A stretch of 64,000 bases of DNA from an uncultured delta proteobacterium (lineage in GTDB: Bacteria > Myxococcota > Myxococcia > Myxococcales > Myxococcaceae): the NCBI GenBank assembly GCA_963771175.1, contig CAVYSY010000050.1:32001-96000 (forward strand). The letters are read 5' to 3'. Within the stretch, counting starts at the first letter, position 1; every line of letters starts with the position of its first letter. Positions 17,939-28,267 of this stretch are shown here, one piece after another. The position numbers were made by a program, and so were the translations under genes. A model generated the notes under the pieces. It worked only from the letters and a program-made list of their open reading frames with translations, was not told where the DNA came from and did not search any database.

Positions 17939-18922
17939 ATGTCTACTCTCCAGAAGAGGTCGAGGTTCGCCGTGCACTCGAGCGCGGCCTTGCTGTGTGC
18001 GCTGGCCGTGATGGGTTGCGGCGCGTCGAGGCACACGCACCTGGTGGACGAGGGCGAGGCGATGCCGCCCGTGGCGGGGGAGCAACCCGCCCCCATGGTG
18101 AAGGAGGAGCCGCCGCCGCCCCCGGTGGAGCCCCGGATGTTCGGCTCGCGCTACGCGACGCCGGCGCAGTGCGAGGCCGCGGCGCGCAAGCTGCTGGCCG
18201 TGTCGCGTGACGGTGCATGGACGGCGCTGAAGTCCTGCGTGGACAGCACCCAGTTCAACTTCACGCTGCTGGGCGCGGTGCTGGGCAACGTCTGGGCCGA
18301 GGAGCTGCGGGTCCGCCCGGATGCCGCGCAGCTCATCGCCCAGGTGGTGGCCGAGCGCGGTGGCAGCGTGCAAGGCGAGCTCCCGCTGCTGCACGCGCGC
18401 AAGGTGCCCATCTTCGGGTTGCCGGCCGCCATCGCGCAGCCGGAGGTCTACAAGGGGCGCTACCTGCTGCTGCGCGCCCAGGTGGCGGACGTGCGCAGCG
18501 AGGGGGACAAGCCCACGGTATGGCTCGTCGAGCAGTCGCTGAGCTCGGTGGAGAGTGAGCAGCCGGTGGGCTACTCGACGCGGAAGGACTCGGTGACGGT
18601 CCACTCCGGCGCGGTGGGTGGCGACATGGGGATGCTGGGTCGCGCCAACCTGGGCGGGCAGCTCTCCTCCAGCCAGCGCGAGCAGAGCTCGACCACGCTG
18701 CGGCGCTTCGACAACGTCTCGGGTGAGACGGGCATCGAGGCCCTGGGTCGTCTGACCAGGCCGGATCCCTTCCTGGAGCCGGGCAAGGACTTCGTCGTGC
18801 TCGCGCGCTTCGATGGGATGCGGACCCTGTCCGGCGGCGACGAGGAGGACGAGGACGCGCCCAAGCTGCCGGTCGTCACCATCGTCAGCTACTACGCCCC
18901 GCATCCGCTCGTCGTGTACTGA
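17939..18922 (+). CDS. Hypothetical lipoprotein
   Basis: Lipobox-like AVMGC, GAGGA RBS, host-like codon usage. Confidence 0.8.
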   Translation: MSTLQKRSRFAVHSSAALLCALAVMGCGASRHTHLVDEGEAMPPVAGEQPAPMVKEEPPPPPVEPRMFGSRYATPAQCEAAARKLLAVSRDGAWTALKSCVDSTQFNFTLLGAVLGNVWAEELRVRPDAAQLIAQVVAERGGSVQGELPLLHARKVPIFGLPAAIAQPEVYKGRYLLLRAQVADVRSEGDKPTVWLVEQSLSSVESEQPVGYSTRKDSVTVHSGAVGGDMGMLGRANLGGQLSSSQREQSSTTLRRFDNVSGETGIEALGRLTRPDPFLEPGKDFVVLARFDGMRTLSGGDEEDEDAPKLPVVTIVSYYAPHPLVVY

Positions 18923-21488
18923 GCCGCACCGGGCGGGGGAGGGCGTAGCGGCGGAAGCTCCAGCGATTGAGGAGCTCGGCCGAGAGCAGATAGCCCACGA
19001 CCAACGCCGCCAGCGCTCCCAGCAGCGTGGGCGGCGGGGGCTCGAAGCCGAACCAGGTGCCCAGCGGCGTGTAGGGCAGCACGTTCGCCACCAGCACCAC
19101 CCCCAGCGAGCTGGCCACCAGCCATCGCGAGGGACGGCTGCGCAGGGGGTTGCGGCGGGTGCGGATGACGAAGATGACCAGCGCCTGCGTGGTGAGCGAC
19201 TCCATGAACCAGCCGGTCTGGAAGAGCGCTTCGCCCGCGTGGAAGAAGAGCAGCAGCACGCCGAAGGTGGCCGCGTCGAACACCGAGCTGAGCGTGCCGA
19301 GCACCGCCATGTAGCGCCGGACGAAGCGCAGGTCCCACCGGGTGGGCCGCTCCAGTTGCTCCGGATCCACCTCGTCCAGGGGGATGGCCAGCTCCGACAC
19401 GTCGTAGAGGAGGTTGTTGAGCAGGATTTGAATGGGGCGCATGGGGAGGAACGGCAGCAGCACCGACGCCCCGGCCATGCTCAGCATGTTGCCGAAGTTG
19501 GAGCTGGTCCCCATGCGGATGTACTTCATCACGTTGCCGAAACTGCGCCGGCCCTCGAGGACGCCGTCGTACAGCACGGCCAGGTCGTGGCGCAGCAGCA
19601 GCAGGTCCGCCGCCTCGCGCGCCACGTCCACCGCGCTGTCCACCGAGATGCCCACGTCCGCCGCGTGCAGTGAGGGCGCGTCGTTGATGCCATCGCCCAG
19701 GTAGCCCACCACGTGCCCGTGCCGGCGCAGCGCGCGGATGACGCGGCTCTTCTGCCCTGGAGAGACGCGGGCGAAGAGCGTGGTGCGCTCGGCGCGTATC
19801 TGGAGCGCGGGGTCGTCCAGCGTCCCTACCTCCGTGCCGGTGAGCACCCCCTCCACCTCCAGCCCGAGCTGGCGGCAGACGTGGAGCGCCACCCGCTCGT
19901 TGTCGCCCGTCACCACCTTCACCTTCACCCCCGCGCGGACGAGGGCCTCCAGCGCGGGCCGCGCGCTCGTCTTCGGCGGATCCAGGAAGGAGGCGAAGCC
20001 CGCGAAGACCAGCTCCGATTCATCTCCCAGGTGGGCCACCTGCATGTCGGGTGACTCCTCGCGCCACGCCACCGCCAGCACCCGGAAGCCCTCCGCTCCC
20101 AGTGCCTCGAAGCGCGCCCGCACCCGCGCCAGTGCCTCCGCGTCCAGTTCGCGCGGCGTCCCGTCCAGCTCGTACCAGGTGCAGTGGGCCAGCACGTCCT
20201 CGGGCGCCCCCTTCAGCACCAGCACCCGGCGGCCCTCGTGCTCCAGCAGCACGGACACCCGCCGACGCTCGAAGTCGAAGGGCACCTCGTCCACCTTGCG
20301 CCAGCCCCGGGCCTCCACCTCCGAGTGGGCGAGGATGGCCTCGTCCATGGGGCTGCGCAGCCCGGACTCGAAGTGGCTGTTGAGCCAGGCCCACCGCAGC
20401 ACCTGCTCGCTCTCGCGCCCCGAGGCGTCTTCGTGCCGCTCCAGGCGGATGCGGGCCTCGGTGAGGGTGCCTGTCTTGTCCGTGCACAGCACGTCCATGC
20501 TGCCCAGGTCGTGCACCGCGCTCAGCCGCTTGACGATGACCTGCCGCGCCGCCATCCGCATCGCCCCGCGCGCGAGCGTCACCGACATGACCATGGGCAG
20601 CAGCTCGGGCGTCAGCCCCACCGCCAGCGCCACCGCGAAGAGGAAGGACTCCAGGAGCGGCCGGTGTGCGTACACGGCCACCAGCAGCACGAAGAGCACC
20701 AGCAGCACCGTCAGCCGCATCAGCATCAGGCCGAAGTGGCGTGTGTCCCGCTCGAAGGCGGTGGAGGGCGCGGGTTCGGCGAGGGCGCGGGCGATGTCCC
20801 CCACCGTGGTGCGCGAGCCCGTGGCGAAGACGAGCACCCGCGCCGTGCCGCTGATGATGGAGGTGCCCATGAAGACGGCGTTGCGCGCCTCGGACGGCTC
20901 CGTCCCTGGAGGTGCATCTCCTGGTCGCTTCTCCACCGGGTAGGGCTCGCCGGTGAGCAGGGACTGGTTGACGAACAGGTCGCGCGCCTCCAGCAGCCGT
21001 GCGTCCGCCGGCACCAGGTTGCCCGCGGACAGCAGCACCACGTCGCCAGGGACGAGCTCCCGGGCTGGCACCTCCTGTTCGGTGCCGTCCCGAATCACGG
21101 TGGCCTTCAGGGCCACGGAGCTCCGCAACCGCTCCGCCGCGTTGTCCGCGCGCCGCTCCTGGACGAAGTCCAGCGTCACGCTCATCAGGACGATGCCGGC
21201 GATGATGGCGGAGCTCGTCAGCTCATGCGTGAGGAACGACACCACGCTGGCCACCAGCAGCACCAGCACGAGTGGATTGGCGAAGCGCGTGAGGAACTCC
21301 ACCCACGCCGGGCGTCGGGTGTACTGCTCCGGGGTGTTGGGCCCGTGGCTCGCGAGCCGCTCCCTGGCCTCGGCCCCCGACAGGCCCTCGGGCGAGCACG
21401 CCAGCCGCGACAGCAGGGCCTCTCGCGTCCCGCACCAGGCCGGCGGTTCCTCCAGCGATGATCCAACTTCGATAGAGCGCGGTGTCAC
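18885..21488 (-). CDS. mgtA: Magnesium-translocating P-type ATPase
   Basis: TGEPYPVEK, AVGLTPELLP, DKTGTLT, GDGINDAP, SSNFGNM, FQTGWF; start uncertain. Confidence 0.92.
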   Translation of the reverse strand: MTPRSIEVGSSLEEPPAWCGTREALLSRLACSPEGLSGAEARERLASHGPNTPEQYTRRPAWVEFLTRFANPLVLVLLVASVVSFLTHELTSSAIIAGIVLMSVTLDFVQERRADNAAERLRSSVALKATVIRDGTEQEVPARELVPGDVVLLSAGNLVPADARLLEARDLFVNQSLLTGEPYPVEKRPGDAPPGTEPSEARNAVFMGTSIISGTARVLVFATGSRTTVGDIARALAEPAPSTAFERDTRHFGLMLMRLTVLLVLFVLLVAVYAHRPLLESFLFAVALAVGLTPELLPMVMSVTLARGAMRMAARQVIVKRLSAVHDLGSMDVLCTDKTGTLTEARIRLERHEDASGRESEQVLRWAWLNSHFESGLRSPMDEAILAHSEVEARGWRKVDEVPFDFERRRVSVLLEHEGRRVLVLKGAPEDVLAHCTWYELDGTPRELDAEALARVRARFEALGAEGFRVLAVAWREESPDMQVAHLGDESELVFAGFASFLDPPKTSARPALEALVRAGVKVKVVTGDNERVALHVCRQLGLEVEGVLTGTEVGTLDDPALQIRAERTTLFARVSPGQKSRVIRALRRHGHVVGYLGDGINDAPSLHAADVGISVDSAVDVAREAADLLLLRHDLAVLYDGVLEGRRSFGNVMKYIRMGTSSNFGNMLSMAGASVLLPFLPMRPIQILLNNLLYDVSELAIPLDEVDPEQLERPTRWDLRFVRRYMAVLGTLSSVFDAATFGVLLLFFHAGEALFQTGWFMESLTTQALVIFVIRTRRNPLRSRPSRWLVASSLGVVLVANVLPYTPLGTWFGFEPPPPTLLGALAALVVGYLLSAELLNRWSFRRYALPRPVRLSTRRADAGRSS

Positions 21489-21525
21489 GGGCGTGCATGG
21501 GACCCAGGTGAGAGCGATGTGGCGC

Positions 21526-22581
21526 TCAGGGTCGGATGGCGACCTTGATGACGCCCTCGCGCCGCTCGCCGAAGAGCGCATAGGCGTCCCGGATGTCGTC
21601 GAGCTTGAAGCGATGCGTGAGCATTGGGGTGAGGTCCACCCGCTTGCTCCGCACCATCTCCATCAGCCGCCGCATGCGCTCCTTGCCGCCAGGGCACAGC
21701 GTGGTGACGATGTGGTGGTCACCCAGGCCGGCCGCGAAGGCGTCGTAGGGCACCTCCAGCTTCCCCGAGTACACGCCCAGGCTGGAGAGGATACCCCCGG
21801 GCCGCAGGCAGCGCAGCGCGGTCTCGAAGGTGCCCGGTGTCCCGAGCGCCTCGATGCTCACGTCCGCGCCGCCGCCGGTGAGCCGCTTCACCTCCCGCGC
21901 CACATCCACGTGGCGGTAGTCGAGCACCACGTCCACGCCCATGCGGCGCGCCATCTTCAGGCGGTTCTCGTCGCCGTCCACGCCGATGACCAGGGCCGCG
22001 CCCATGAGCCGCGCCCCGATGGAGGCGCACAACCCGATGGGCCCCTGAGCGAACACCACCACCGCGTCGCCGATGCGCACCTCGCCGGACTCCGCGCCGC
22101 TGAAGCCGGTGGAGGCGATGTCCGCCAGGAGGATCACCTGCTCGTCCGTCAGCTCGTCCGGGATGGGGGCCAGGTTGGCCTGGGCCGAGGGCACCCGCAC
22201 GTACTCGGCCTGGACGCCGTTCAGCGTATTGCCCAGCCGCCAGCCGCCGATCGCCTCGTGGCCGCCGCCGTGTCCGCACTGCGAGAGCTGCCCGGAGAGG
22301 CAGGCGCGGCACTGACCGCACGGAGTGATGGCGCCCACCAGGACCCGCTGCCCGGCTTGATAGCCCTCCACGCCGGGGCCCAGCTCCTCGATGACTCCCA
22401 CGAACTCGTGGCCGATGACGAGCCCCGGCTTCACCGGGTACTCGCCGCGTACGATGTGCAGGTCCGTGCCACAGATGGTGGTGAGCGTCATCCGCACCAC
22501 GGCCTCACCGGGGCCTGCCTTGGGACGCTCGACCTCTTCGATTCCAAACTGATTCACGCCGCGATAGACGTTGGCCCGCAT
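21526..22581 (-). CDS. Zinc-dependent alcohol dehydrogenase (MDR family)
   Basis: TICGTDLH, GHEFVG, CGQCRAC...C, QGPIG; GGAG RBS. Confidence 0.95.
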   Translation of the reverse strand: MRANVYRGVNQFGIEEVERPKAGPGEAVVRMTLTTICGTDLHIVRGEYPVKPGLVIGHEFVGVIEELGPGVEGYQAGQRVLVGAITPCGQCRACLSGQLSQCGHGGGHEAIGGWRLGNTLNGVQAEYVRVPSAQANLAPIPDELTDEQVILLADIASTGFSGAESGEVRIGDAVVVFAQGPIGLCASIGARLMGAALVIGVDGDENRLKMARRMGVDVVLDYRHVDVAREVKRLTGGGADVSIEALGTPGTFETALRCLRPGGILSSLGVYSGKLEVPYDAFAAGLGDHHIVTTLCPGGKERMRRLMEMVRSKRVDLTPMLTHRFKLDDIRDAYALFGERREGVIKVAIRP

Positions 22582-22793
22582 GGCTCTCCGCCTCCTTGAT
22601 GAGCGGGGCACAGGATGACACTGTACCCCAGGGTCCCCATCCGTCCCGGGGGAGGAATCGCGGTCTTTCGCACAGAACCGGGCGCTGGCGGCGCATCGAG
22701 GGGCCCGCGAGCGCCCACCAACCCACAGCACGAGCGTGCCCGAGGGCATCGGGTCCAGGAAGTGGCACCGATGCCGTGAGGGAACCTCACCTC

Positions 22794-25166
22794 CTACCGC
22801 TGACGGCGGAGGTCTCGTGGGCGTCGGCCGGAGCGCAGCAGCCACAGCAGCAGCCCGGCCACCGCCATCGTGGTACCTGGAGCCGCGGCGCAGCCCGTGT
22901 CGCCGTCATCCACCAGGCTCGCCTCGTCCGCGGGCTCCGCCACGACCGGATCCTCCGCCGGGAGGTCCGGCGCGGGCAAGGCGACCGCCTCGGCCCTCAC
23001 GGTGTGTCCTCGCACCCGGAACTCGGTCTCGTTGACGCCGCTCTTGAGCGCCACCTTGCCGAGGTCATCGGTGGGCGGCGCGTCCGAGCGGAAGGCGAAG
23101 CGATCGGCCAGCAGCACCTCCGCGCCGCCCGGAGGTGTCACCCACACGCTGTACGTCTTCGCGTTCAGGTCCGTGCGCATGCGCACGTGGTACGTGGCAT
23201 TGGCCTCGTAGGGCTGGCTGACGAGCGCGGCGTATGCGCCTCCCCGGCGCACGTCGAAGAAGCCGCTCGGGTTCAGGCGGATGCCCATGGCCAGGCTGGC
23301 GTAGCCAGTGACGGTGGTAGAGGTGTCCGCGTAGCCGATGACGCCGTCGATGGGCCTGGCGAGCGGTATGACGTCGAACTCGACCACCCGCACGCCAGTG
23401 TTGCCGGTGCCCAGGTCATGCAGGCTCCCGGGCCAGCTCAGTGTCGAAGTCCATTCGACCACGCCGCCCTCGGGCCTCACGGTGTGGTTCTGCACCCGGA
23501 TCTCATTGTCGAAGTGACCGCTCTTGAGCGACACCTTGCCGAGGTCATCCGTGGCGGGTGCATCGGAGCGGAAGGCGAAGCGATCGGCCAGCAGCACCTC
23601 CGCGCCGCCCGGAGGTGTCACCCACACGCTGTACGTCTTCGCGTTCAGGTCCGCCCGCATGCGTACGTGGTACGTGGCATTGGCCTCGTAGGGCTGGCTG
23701 ACGAGCGCGGCGTATGCGCCTCCCCGGCGCACGTCGAAGAAGCCGCTCGGGTTCAGGCGGAGGCTCAGGGCCAGGCTGGCATAGGACGTGACGTTGGTGG
23801 AGGTGTCCGCGTAGCCGACGACGGTGTCGATGAACTTGCTCAGCGGTGTGACGTCGAACTCGACCACCTGCACGCCGGTGTTGCCGGTGCCCAGGGAACG
23901 CAGGCTCCTGGGGAAGTCGAGCGTCGAGTACCAGCCGCCCGCGGCCGCCAGCTTGAAGCGGATGACCGCCTCGACGAAGTAGTAGTCGCTGTAGATGAGG
24001 CTCTTGTCGACGTCCGAACCCGACGGCTTCTGCTGGTTCGGGTGGAACCCCACGCCGTGCAGGAGGATGCCGGGACTGGGGCTGCCCTCGGCCAGGTAGG
24101 CCGGGGAGCTGAGGGTGTCGAGCGTCGCGAGGGCCGCGCTCTGGTAGCGCTGGGCCACGGCCGGATCGGCGACGTAGGTGCTCAGCTCCTGGAGCGCCGA
24201 GGCGACGATGGCGGCGGCCGAGGAGTCCTTCTGTCGCGGCGCGGCGGGATCGAAGTCCCAGTTGGGGATGAAGTCCGCGGGCAGCCGATCCAGGTAGTAG
24301 TTGGTGACCCTCTGCGCGGCCTGCAACATGCGGGGGTCGCGCGTGTACCGGTACGCCATGGTGAAGCCGTAGATGGCCCAGGCCTGTCCTCGGGCCCAGG
24401 TGGAGTCCCTGGAGAACCCCTGGTACGTCCTCTTCCCGAGGAGGCGGCCCGAGGTGTCGTAGTCCACCACGTGGAAGGTGCCGCCGTCCGGGCGGACCAT
24501 GTCCGTGATCGTCTTCAGGGCATGGTTGAGCGCCAGGTTGCTCCAGTTGGCATCGCCCCCGTTCCGGGCCGCCCAGAAGAGCAGCTCCAGGTCCATCATC
24601 GTGTCCGTGACCATCGACACCTGCCAGGGCGGTGTCTCTCTCCAATCACAGCAGTCGATGATTCCCGCCGCGGTGTTGTAGCGCCGGGCCAGCGAGCCGG
24701 CGGCCGTCACCATCGTCTGCCGCAAGGTGTCGGTCCCCGTCAGCCGGTACGCGTTGCCGTAGCTGGTCATGAACTTGAAACCCAGGTCATGGGTCAGGTT
24801 GGTGACGAGGGGGTCGCTCTTCTGGTTGTCCAGGGCGAGCGTCCAGGCCTCCGCCTTGGTGCTCCAGAAGGGATCTCTCCCTGTCTGCTCGTACATGAAC
24901 CAGAGCAGGCCGGGGTAGAACCCCTGGGTCCAGCCAATCTTGTTGGTGCTGCTCTCGAAGGTCCACGTGCCGTCGGTGCTGGCCCTGGGAGACTGGGCCG
25001 TCGACATCTGAGGGTTCGAGGCCGTCCTGTTCAACTGTTGTCGAGAGAACGAGAGGACCCGATCCGCTGTCGCGTTGTCGAAGGCCCGGGCCGGAGCCGC
25101 TACCAGCACGCCAAGGCACGTCACCAGAATCCAGGTGAAAGATTTTTCTCGAGTCTTACCCACCAT
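22794..25166 (-). CDS. GH88 unsaturated glucuronyl hydrolase + two tandem beta-rich domains + MYXO-CTERM anchor
   Basis: WTQGFYPG, THDLGF, DTMMDL, WARGQAW, DSSAAAI; 160-aa tandem repeat; tail GCAAAPG-hydrophobic-basic. Confidence 0.9.
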   Translation of the reverse strand: MVGKTREKSFTWILVTCLGVLVAAPARAFDNATADRVLSFSRQQLNRTASNPQMSTAQSPRASTDGTWTFESSTNKIGWTQGFYPGLLWFMYEQTGRDPFWSTKAEAWTLALDNQKSDPLVTNLTHDLGFKFMTSYGNAYRLTGTDTLRQTMVTAAGSLARRYNTAAGIIDCCDWRETPPWQVSMVTDTMMDLELLFWAARNGGDANWSNLALNHALKTITDMVRPDGGTFHVVDYDTSGRLLGKRTYQGFSRDSTWARGQAWAIYGFTMAYRYTRDPRMLQAAQRVTNYYLDRLPADFIPNWDFDPAAPRQKDSSAAAIVASALQELSTYVADPAVAQRYQSAALATLDTLSSPAYLAEGSPSPGILLHGVGFHPNQQKPSGSDVDKSLIYSDYYFVEAVIRFKLAAAGGWYSTLDFPRSLRSLGTGNTGVQVVEFDVTPLSKFIDTVVGYADTSTNVTSYASLALSLRLNPSGFFDVRRGGAYAALVSQPYEANATYHVRMRADLNAKTYSVWVTPPGGAEVLLADRFAFRSDAPATDDLGKVSLKSGHFDNEIRVQNHTVRPEGGVVEWTSTLSWPGSLHDLGTGNTGVRVVEFDVIPLARPIDGVIGYADTSTTVTGYASLAMGIRLNPSGFFDVRRGGAYAALVSQPYEANATYHVRMRTDLNAKTYSVWVTPPGGAEVLLADRFAFRSDAPPTDDLGKVALKSGVNETEFRVRGHTVRAEAVALPAPDLPAEDPVVAEPADEASLVDDGDTGCAAAPGTTMAVAGLLLWLLRSGRRPRDLRRQR
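23000..23935 (-). repeat. Intragenic tandem duplication, 480-bp period
   Basis: 23086-23281 vs 23566-23761 differ at only 3 positions. Confidence 0.92.
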
Positions 25167-25380
25167 GCACCTCCCCCTCCGCGTTGTGGCTTGGGGAAGA
25201 TGGGGCGTGTGTGCCAGAGGACCAGTGGCTCGGAGGGGGGGCTCCTACCCCCGGGCTGTCTGACTTCCAACTCCAGGGGAGTGGGCACGTTCAGGGTGCA
25301 ACGTCACCTTGATCCCGGGTCGGATCCACGCCGCCCTCCTGTGCTGCAATTGGCCGCATCCGCTGGACAGGGGAGTGGTC

Positions 25381-27228
25381 GTGCCTGTGCGTTTCGCCTC
25401 GCGATTGATGCTCGTGCTCGCCCTGGTGGGGGTGGTGCCCGTCCTGTTGCTCGGCGGGGTGTCCTTCCGCGCCAACCGGGATGAACTTCATCACCTGGTG
25501 GGTGGGCTCCAGACCCAGTCCGCCACGGAGCTCGCGCGCGCCTGCAATCAGCTCGTCCTCATGGGCGTGGACAACCTCCGCGCGGCCTCCGAGTACCTCC
25601 CGCTCGAGCGCCTCGAGCCCCAGGAGGCCTCCTCCGTGCTGAGCATCCCCATGAGCCAGCTCGCGGCCCTCAACCTGCTCGTGCTGGTGGACGCGCAGGG
25701 CCGCGCCGTCGCCCCGGCCGTCTTCTCCCCCAAGGCCAGCGGCAACCGGCAGCGCGTCACCGAGGACTCGCTGGCCCTCTTCTCGCGCCAGGCACCCGTG
25801 CGGGCCGCCCTGTCCACCGGCGCGGCCATCGGCCCCCCGTACCGCACGTCCGAGGCAGCCGGTGGCCGGGTGGCGCTCGCGGTGCGCGTGGGGGAGAAAG
25901 CCTCCCGCCTCCTATTGGCGGAGCTGTCGCTCGCCGAGCTGGGTCGCCGCGTGGAGGAGCTGTCCAGGGAGGGCGGGCTGGCCTTCGTGGTGGACCACCA
26001 GGGCGAGCCCGTGGCCCACACCGGGGCGGGTGCCAGGCTGAGCGACGAGGAGCGCGGGCTGGTGGCCGAGGGACTCTCACTCGGCACGCCGGTGGTGCGC
26101 ACCGTGCGCGGCGTGGACGGCGTCGAGTACCTCGCCGCCTTCGCTCCCGTGCCGGATCTCGGCTGGGGCGCGGTGGTGGGGCGCAGGGCGAGCCAGGCCT
26201 TCGCTCCGGCCGAGCACGTCCGGCGCTACACCTTCTTCTGGGCGGTGGTGGCGCTGGTGGCCACCGGGGTGCTCGGGCTCGTGCTCTCCCGGGGCGTGGG
26301 TCGGCCCGTCGCCCAGCTCTCCGCGGGCGTGGCCGCGCTCGCCGAGGGGCGCTACGACCAGCGCGTCCCCGAGGGGAGTCGGGACGAGCTCGGTCTTCTC
26401 GCCCGGTCCTTCAACCGCATGGCCGACGAGCTGCAGCGGCGCGAGGCCGAGCTGCGGGGCTGGAGCGAGGAGCTGCGGCAGCGCGTGGACGAGCGGACCC
26501 GTCAGCTCCGCGAGGCGCAGGATCAGATCGCCCGCACCCGGCGGCTGGCGGCACTCGGCTCGCTCAGCGCGGGCATCGCGCACGAGCTCAACAACCCGCT
26601 CACCGGCATCCTCGGGCTGCTGTCGCTGTCCTCCGAGGAGGTGCCCGCCGACTCGCCCCTGGGCCAGAGCATGAGGATGGCGCTCGAGCAGGCCCGCCGC
26701 ATGGCGCGCATCATCCGGGAGCTGCGGCAGATGGCGGAGCAGGAGCGCGGGGGAGCGGGCCGTCCGCTGGAGCTGGCCCTGCCGGTGCGTGCGGCGATCC
26801 AGGAGGTACGCGAGGAGCTCCAGACGCGCGGGGTCTCGCTGACCTGTGAGCTGTCCGAGCAGGTTCCGAAGGTGCTGGGACATGCGGACCAGCTCCAGAA
26901 GGTGGTGGCGAACCTGTTGCAGAACGCCGTCACCGCCATGCCGGGGGGAGGCTCGCTCACCGTGGGGCTCACGGCGGTGGAGAGCGACGCGGTGTGCCTG
27001 TCGGTGAAGGACACCGGTAAGGGCATCCCCGAGTCGCTGCGCGAGCGCATCTTCGACCCTTTCTTCACCACCAAGGACGAGCCCGGACGTGTGGGGCTGG
27101 GGCTGTCGGTGGCGCATCGCATCGTCGAGGCCCACCACGGGCGCATCCGGCTGGAGAGCGCCGAGGGGCAGGGCACCACCATCACCATCATCCTTCCCGC
27201 GGTCGGCGGGGAGGCGCACCTCTCGTGA
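25381..27228 (+). CDS. Sensor histidine kinase (periplasmic Cache-like, HAMP, HisKA, HATPase)
   Basis: Two TM segments, DELGLLARSFNRM, AHELNNPL, DTGKGI, FFTTK, GLGL. Confidence 0.95.
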   Translation: MPVRFASRLMLVLALVGVVPVLLLGGVSFRANRDELHHLVGGLQTQSATELARACNQLVLMGVDNLRAASEYLPLERLEPQEASSVLSIPMSQLAALNLLVLVDAQGRAVAPAVFSPKASGNRQRVTEDSLALFSRQAPVRAALSTGAAIGPPYRTSEAAGGRVALAVRVGEKASRLLLAELSLAELGRRVEELSREGGLAFVVDHQGEPVAHTGAGARLSDEERGLVAEGLSLGTPVVRTVRGVDGVEYLAAFAPVPDLGWGAVVGRRASQAFAPAEHVRRYTFFWAVVALVATGVLGLVLSRGVGRPVAQLSAGVAALAEGRYDQRVPEGSRDELGLLARSFNRMADELQRREAELRGWSEELRQRVDERTRQLREAQDQIARTRRLAALGSLSAGIAHELNNPLTGILGLLSLSSEEVPADSPLGQSMRMALEQARRMARIIRELRQMAEQERGGAGRPLELALPVRAAIQEVREELQTRGVSLTCELSEQVPKVLGHADQLQKVVANLLQNAVTAMPGGGSLTVGLTAVESDAVCLSVKDTGKGIPESLRERIFDPFFTTKDEPGRVGLGLSVAHRIVEAHHGRIRLESAEGQGTTITIILPAVGGEAHLS

Positions 27229-27307
27229 GTCAAGGGGGGAGGAAGGAGCTCTTCATGTGGACGGAGCAGGACACAGGAGCGGAGTGGGCAAGCGAGGAGG
27301 GCCGGTC

Positions 27308-28267
27308 GTGAGCTCCTCGCGTGACACGCTCGGACGGTCGCTGGCGCTCGGGCTGGGCCTGGTTGTGCTTCTCTCACTGGGTGGTTGGTTCGTCTTCGAG
27401 CGTTTCGTGGTGACCTCCCGGCCCGCCGTGGTCGCCGTCGAGGCTTCGCCGCCGGAGGTCCGGCCCGCGCCGGTCGTGGTGTCGGACGTGCGCGCCACGG
27501 TCGTCGAGGTGGTGGGCCTGGTGGAGCGGACCCGCGGCGAGAAGTGGGTGGAGCTGCACGTGGGCGACGCGCTGGAACTGGACGACTCCGTGCGTACCGG
27601 CCCGGGCTCCCGGGCGGACCTGCAGGTGGGGGATGAGGCGTCGAGGCTGTCCATCCCCGAGCGCTCCGAGGTGCGGGTGGGCGAGGTGACGCGCGCTGTA
27701 CACGCCTTCCAGCTGTCGCGAGGCCGCATCGACGTGGACTACGGCGCGCGGGAGGACCGGGTGCTGCGCGTGCGGAGTGAGAACGGCACGGTGGTCGAGA
27801 CGCGGGAGGCGCGCTTCACCATGCTCCACAATGGGGCCATGGTGGCGGTGGCCACCCATGTGGGCTCGGTGCTCCTGTCGTCCGGGGGAGGCTCCGTCCA
27901 GGTGGGCGCCGGACATCAGTCGGTGGTGTTCGATGGCGCGAAGCCGATGGCCGCCGAGCCCATCCCGCTGAAGGTGCTGCTGAAGGTCGCCGCGAAGGCC
28001 TCTTCCAATAGCGCCCTGTGCCTCTCCCTCTCCGGGAAGGTGCGCCCGGGGTCTCAGGTGTTCGTGGAGGACGCGCCCACGGAGGTGTCCCGCGATGGCT
28101 CCTTCCATGCGGATGTGCCTCAACGGAAGGGCCTTTCGAAGGTGCGCGTGTTGGCGCGGGAGCCCGGTGGCGGGACACGGGAGATGCTGGTGGCGTGTCG
28201 TCCGCGCGCGCGCGCCAGGCCTTCCCAGGCGGAATCGGTGAAGTTCCGGTGGGAGGAGGGCCCCTGA
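27308..28267 (+). CDS. FecR-domain membrane-anchored protein
   Basis: One TM then GDALELDDSVRTGPGSRADL...SEVRV...LSRGRI; GAGGAGG RBS. Confidence 0.78.
   Translation: MSSSRDTLGRSLALGLGLVVLLSLGGWFVFERFVVTSRPAVVAVEASPPEVRPAPVVVSDVRATVVEVVGLVERTRGEKWVELHVGDALELDDSVRTGPGSRADLQVGDEASRLSIPERSEVRVGEVTRAVHAFQLSRGRIDVDYGAREDRVLRVRSENGTVVETREARFTMLHNGAMVAVATHVGSVLLSSGGGSVQVGAGHQSVVFDGAKPMAAEPIPLKVLLKVAAKASSNSALCLSLSGKVRPGSQVFVEDAPTEVSRDGSFHADVPQRKGLSKVRVLAREPGGGTREMLVACRPRARARPSQAESVKFRWEEGP

Noticed and set aside
22596..25484. Long antisense or alternate-frame ORFs (also 9552-11702, 32708-35425, 60362-62521 and others)
   Set aside because: Shadow ORFs of high-GC genes with no motifs, overlapping well-supported CDSs.
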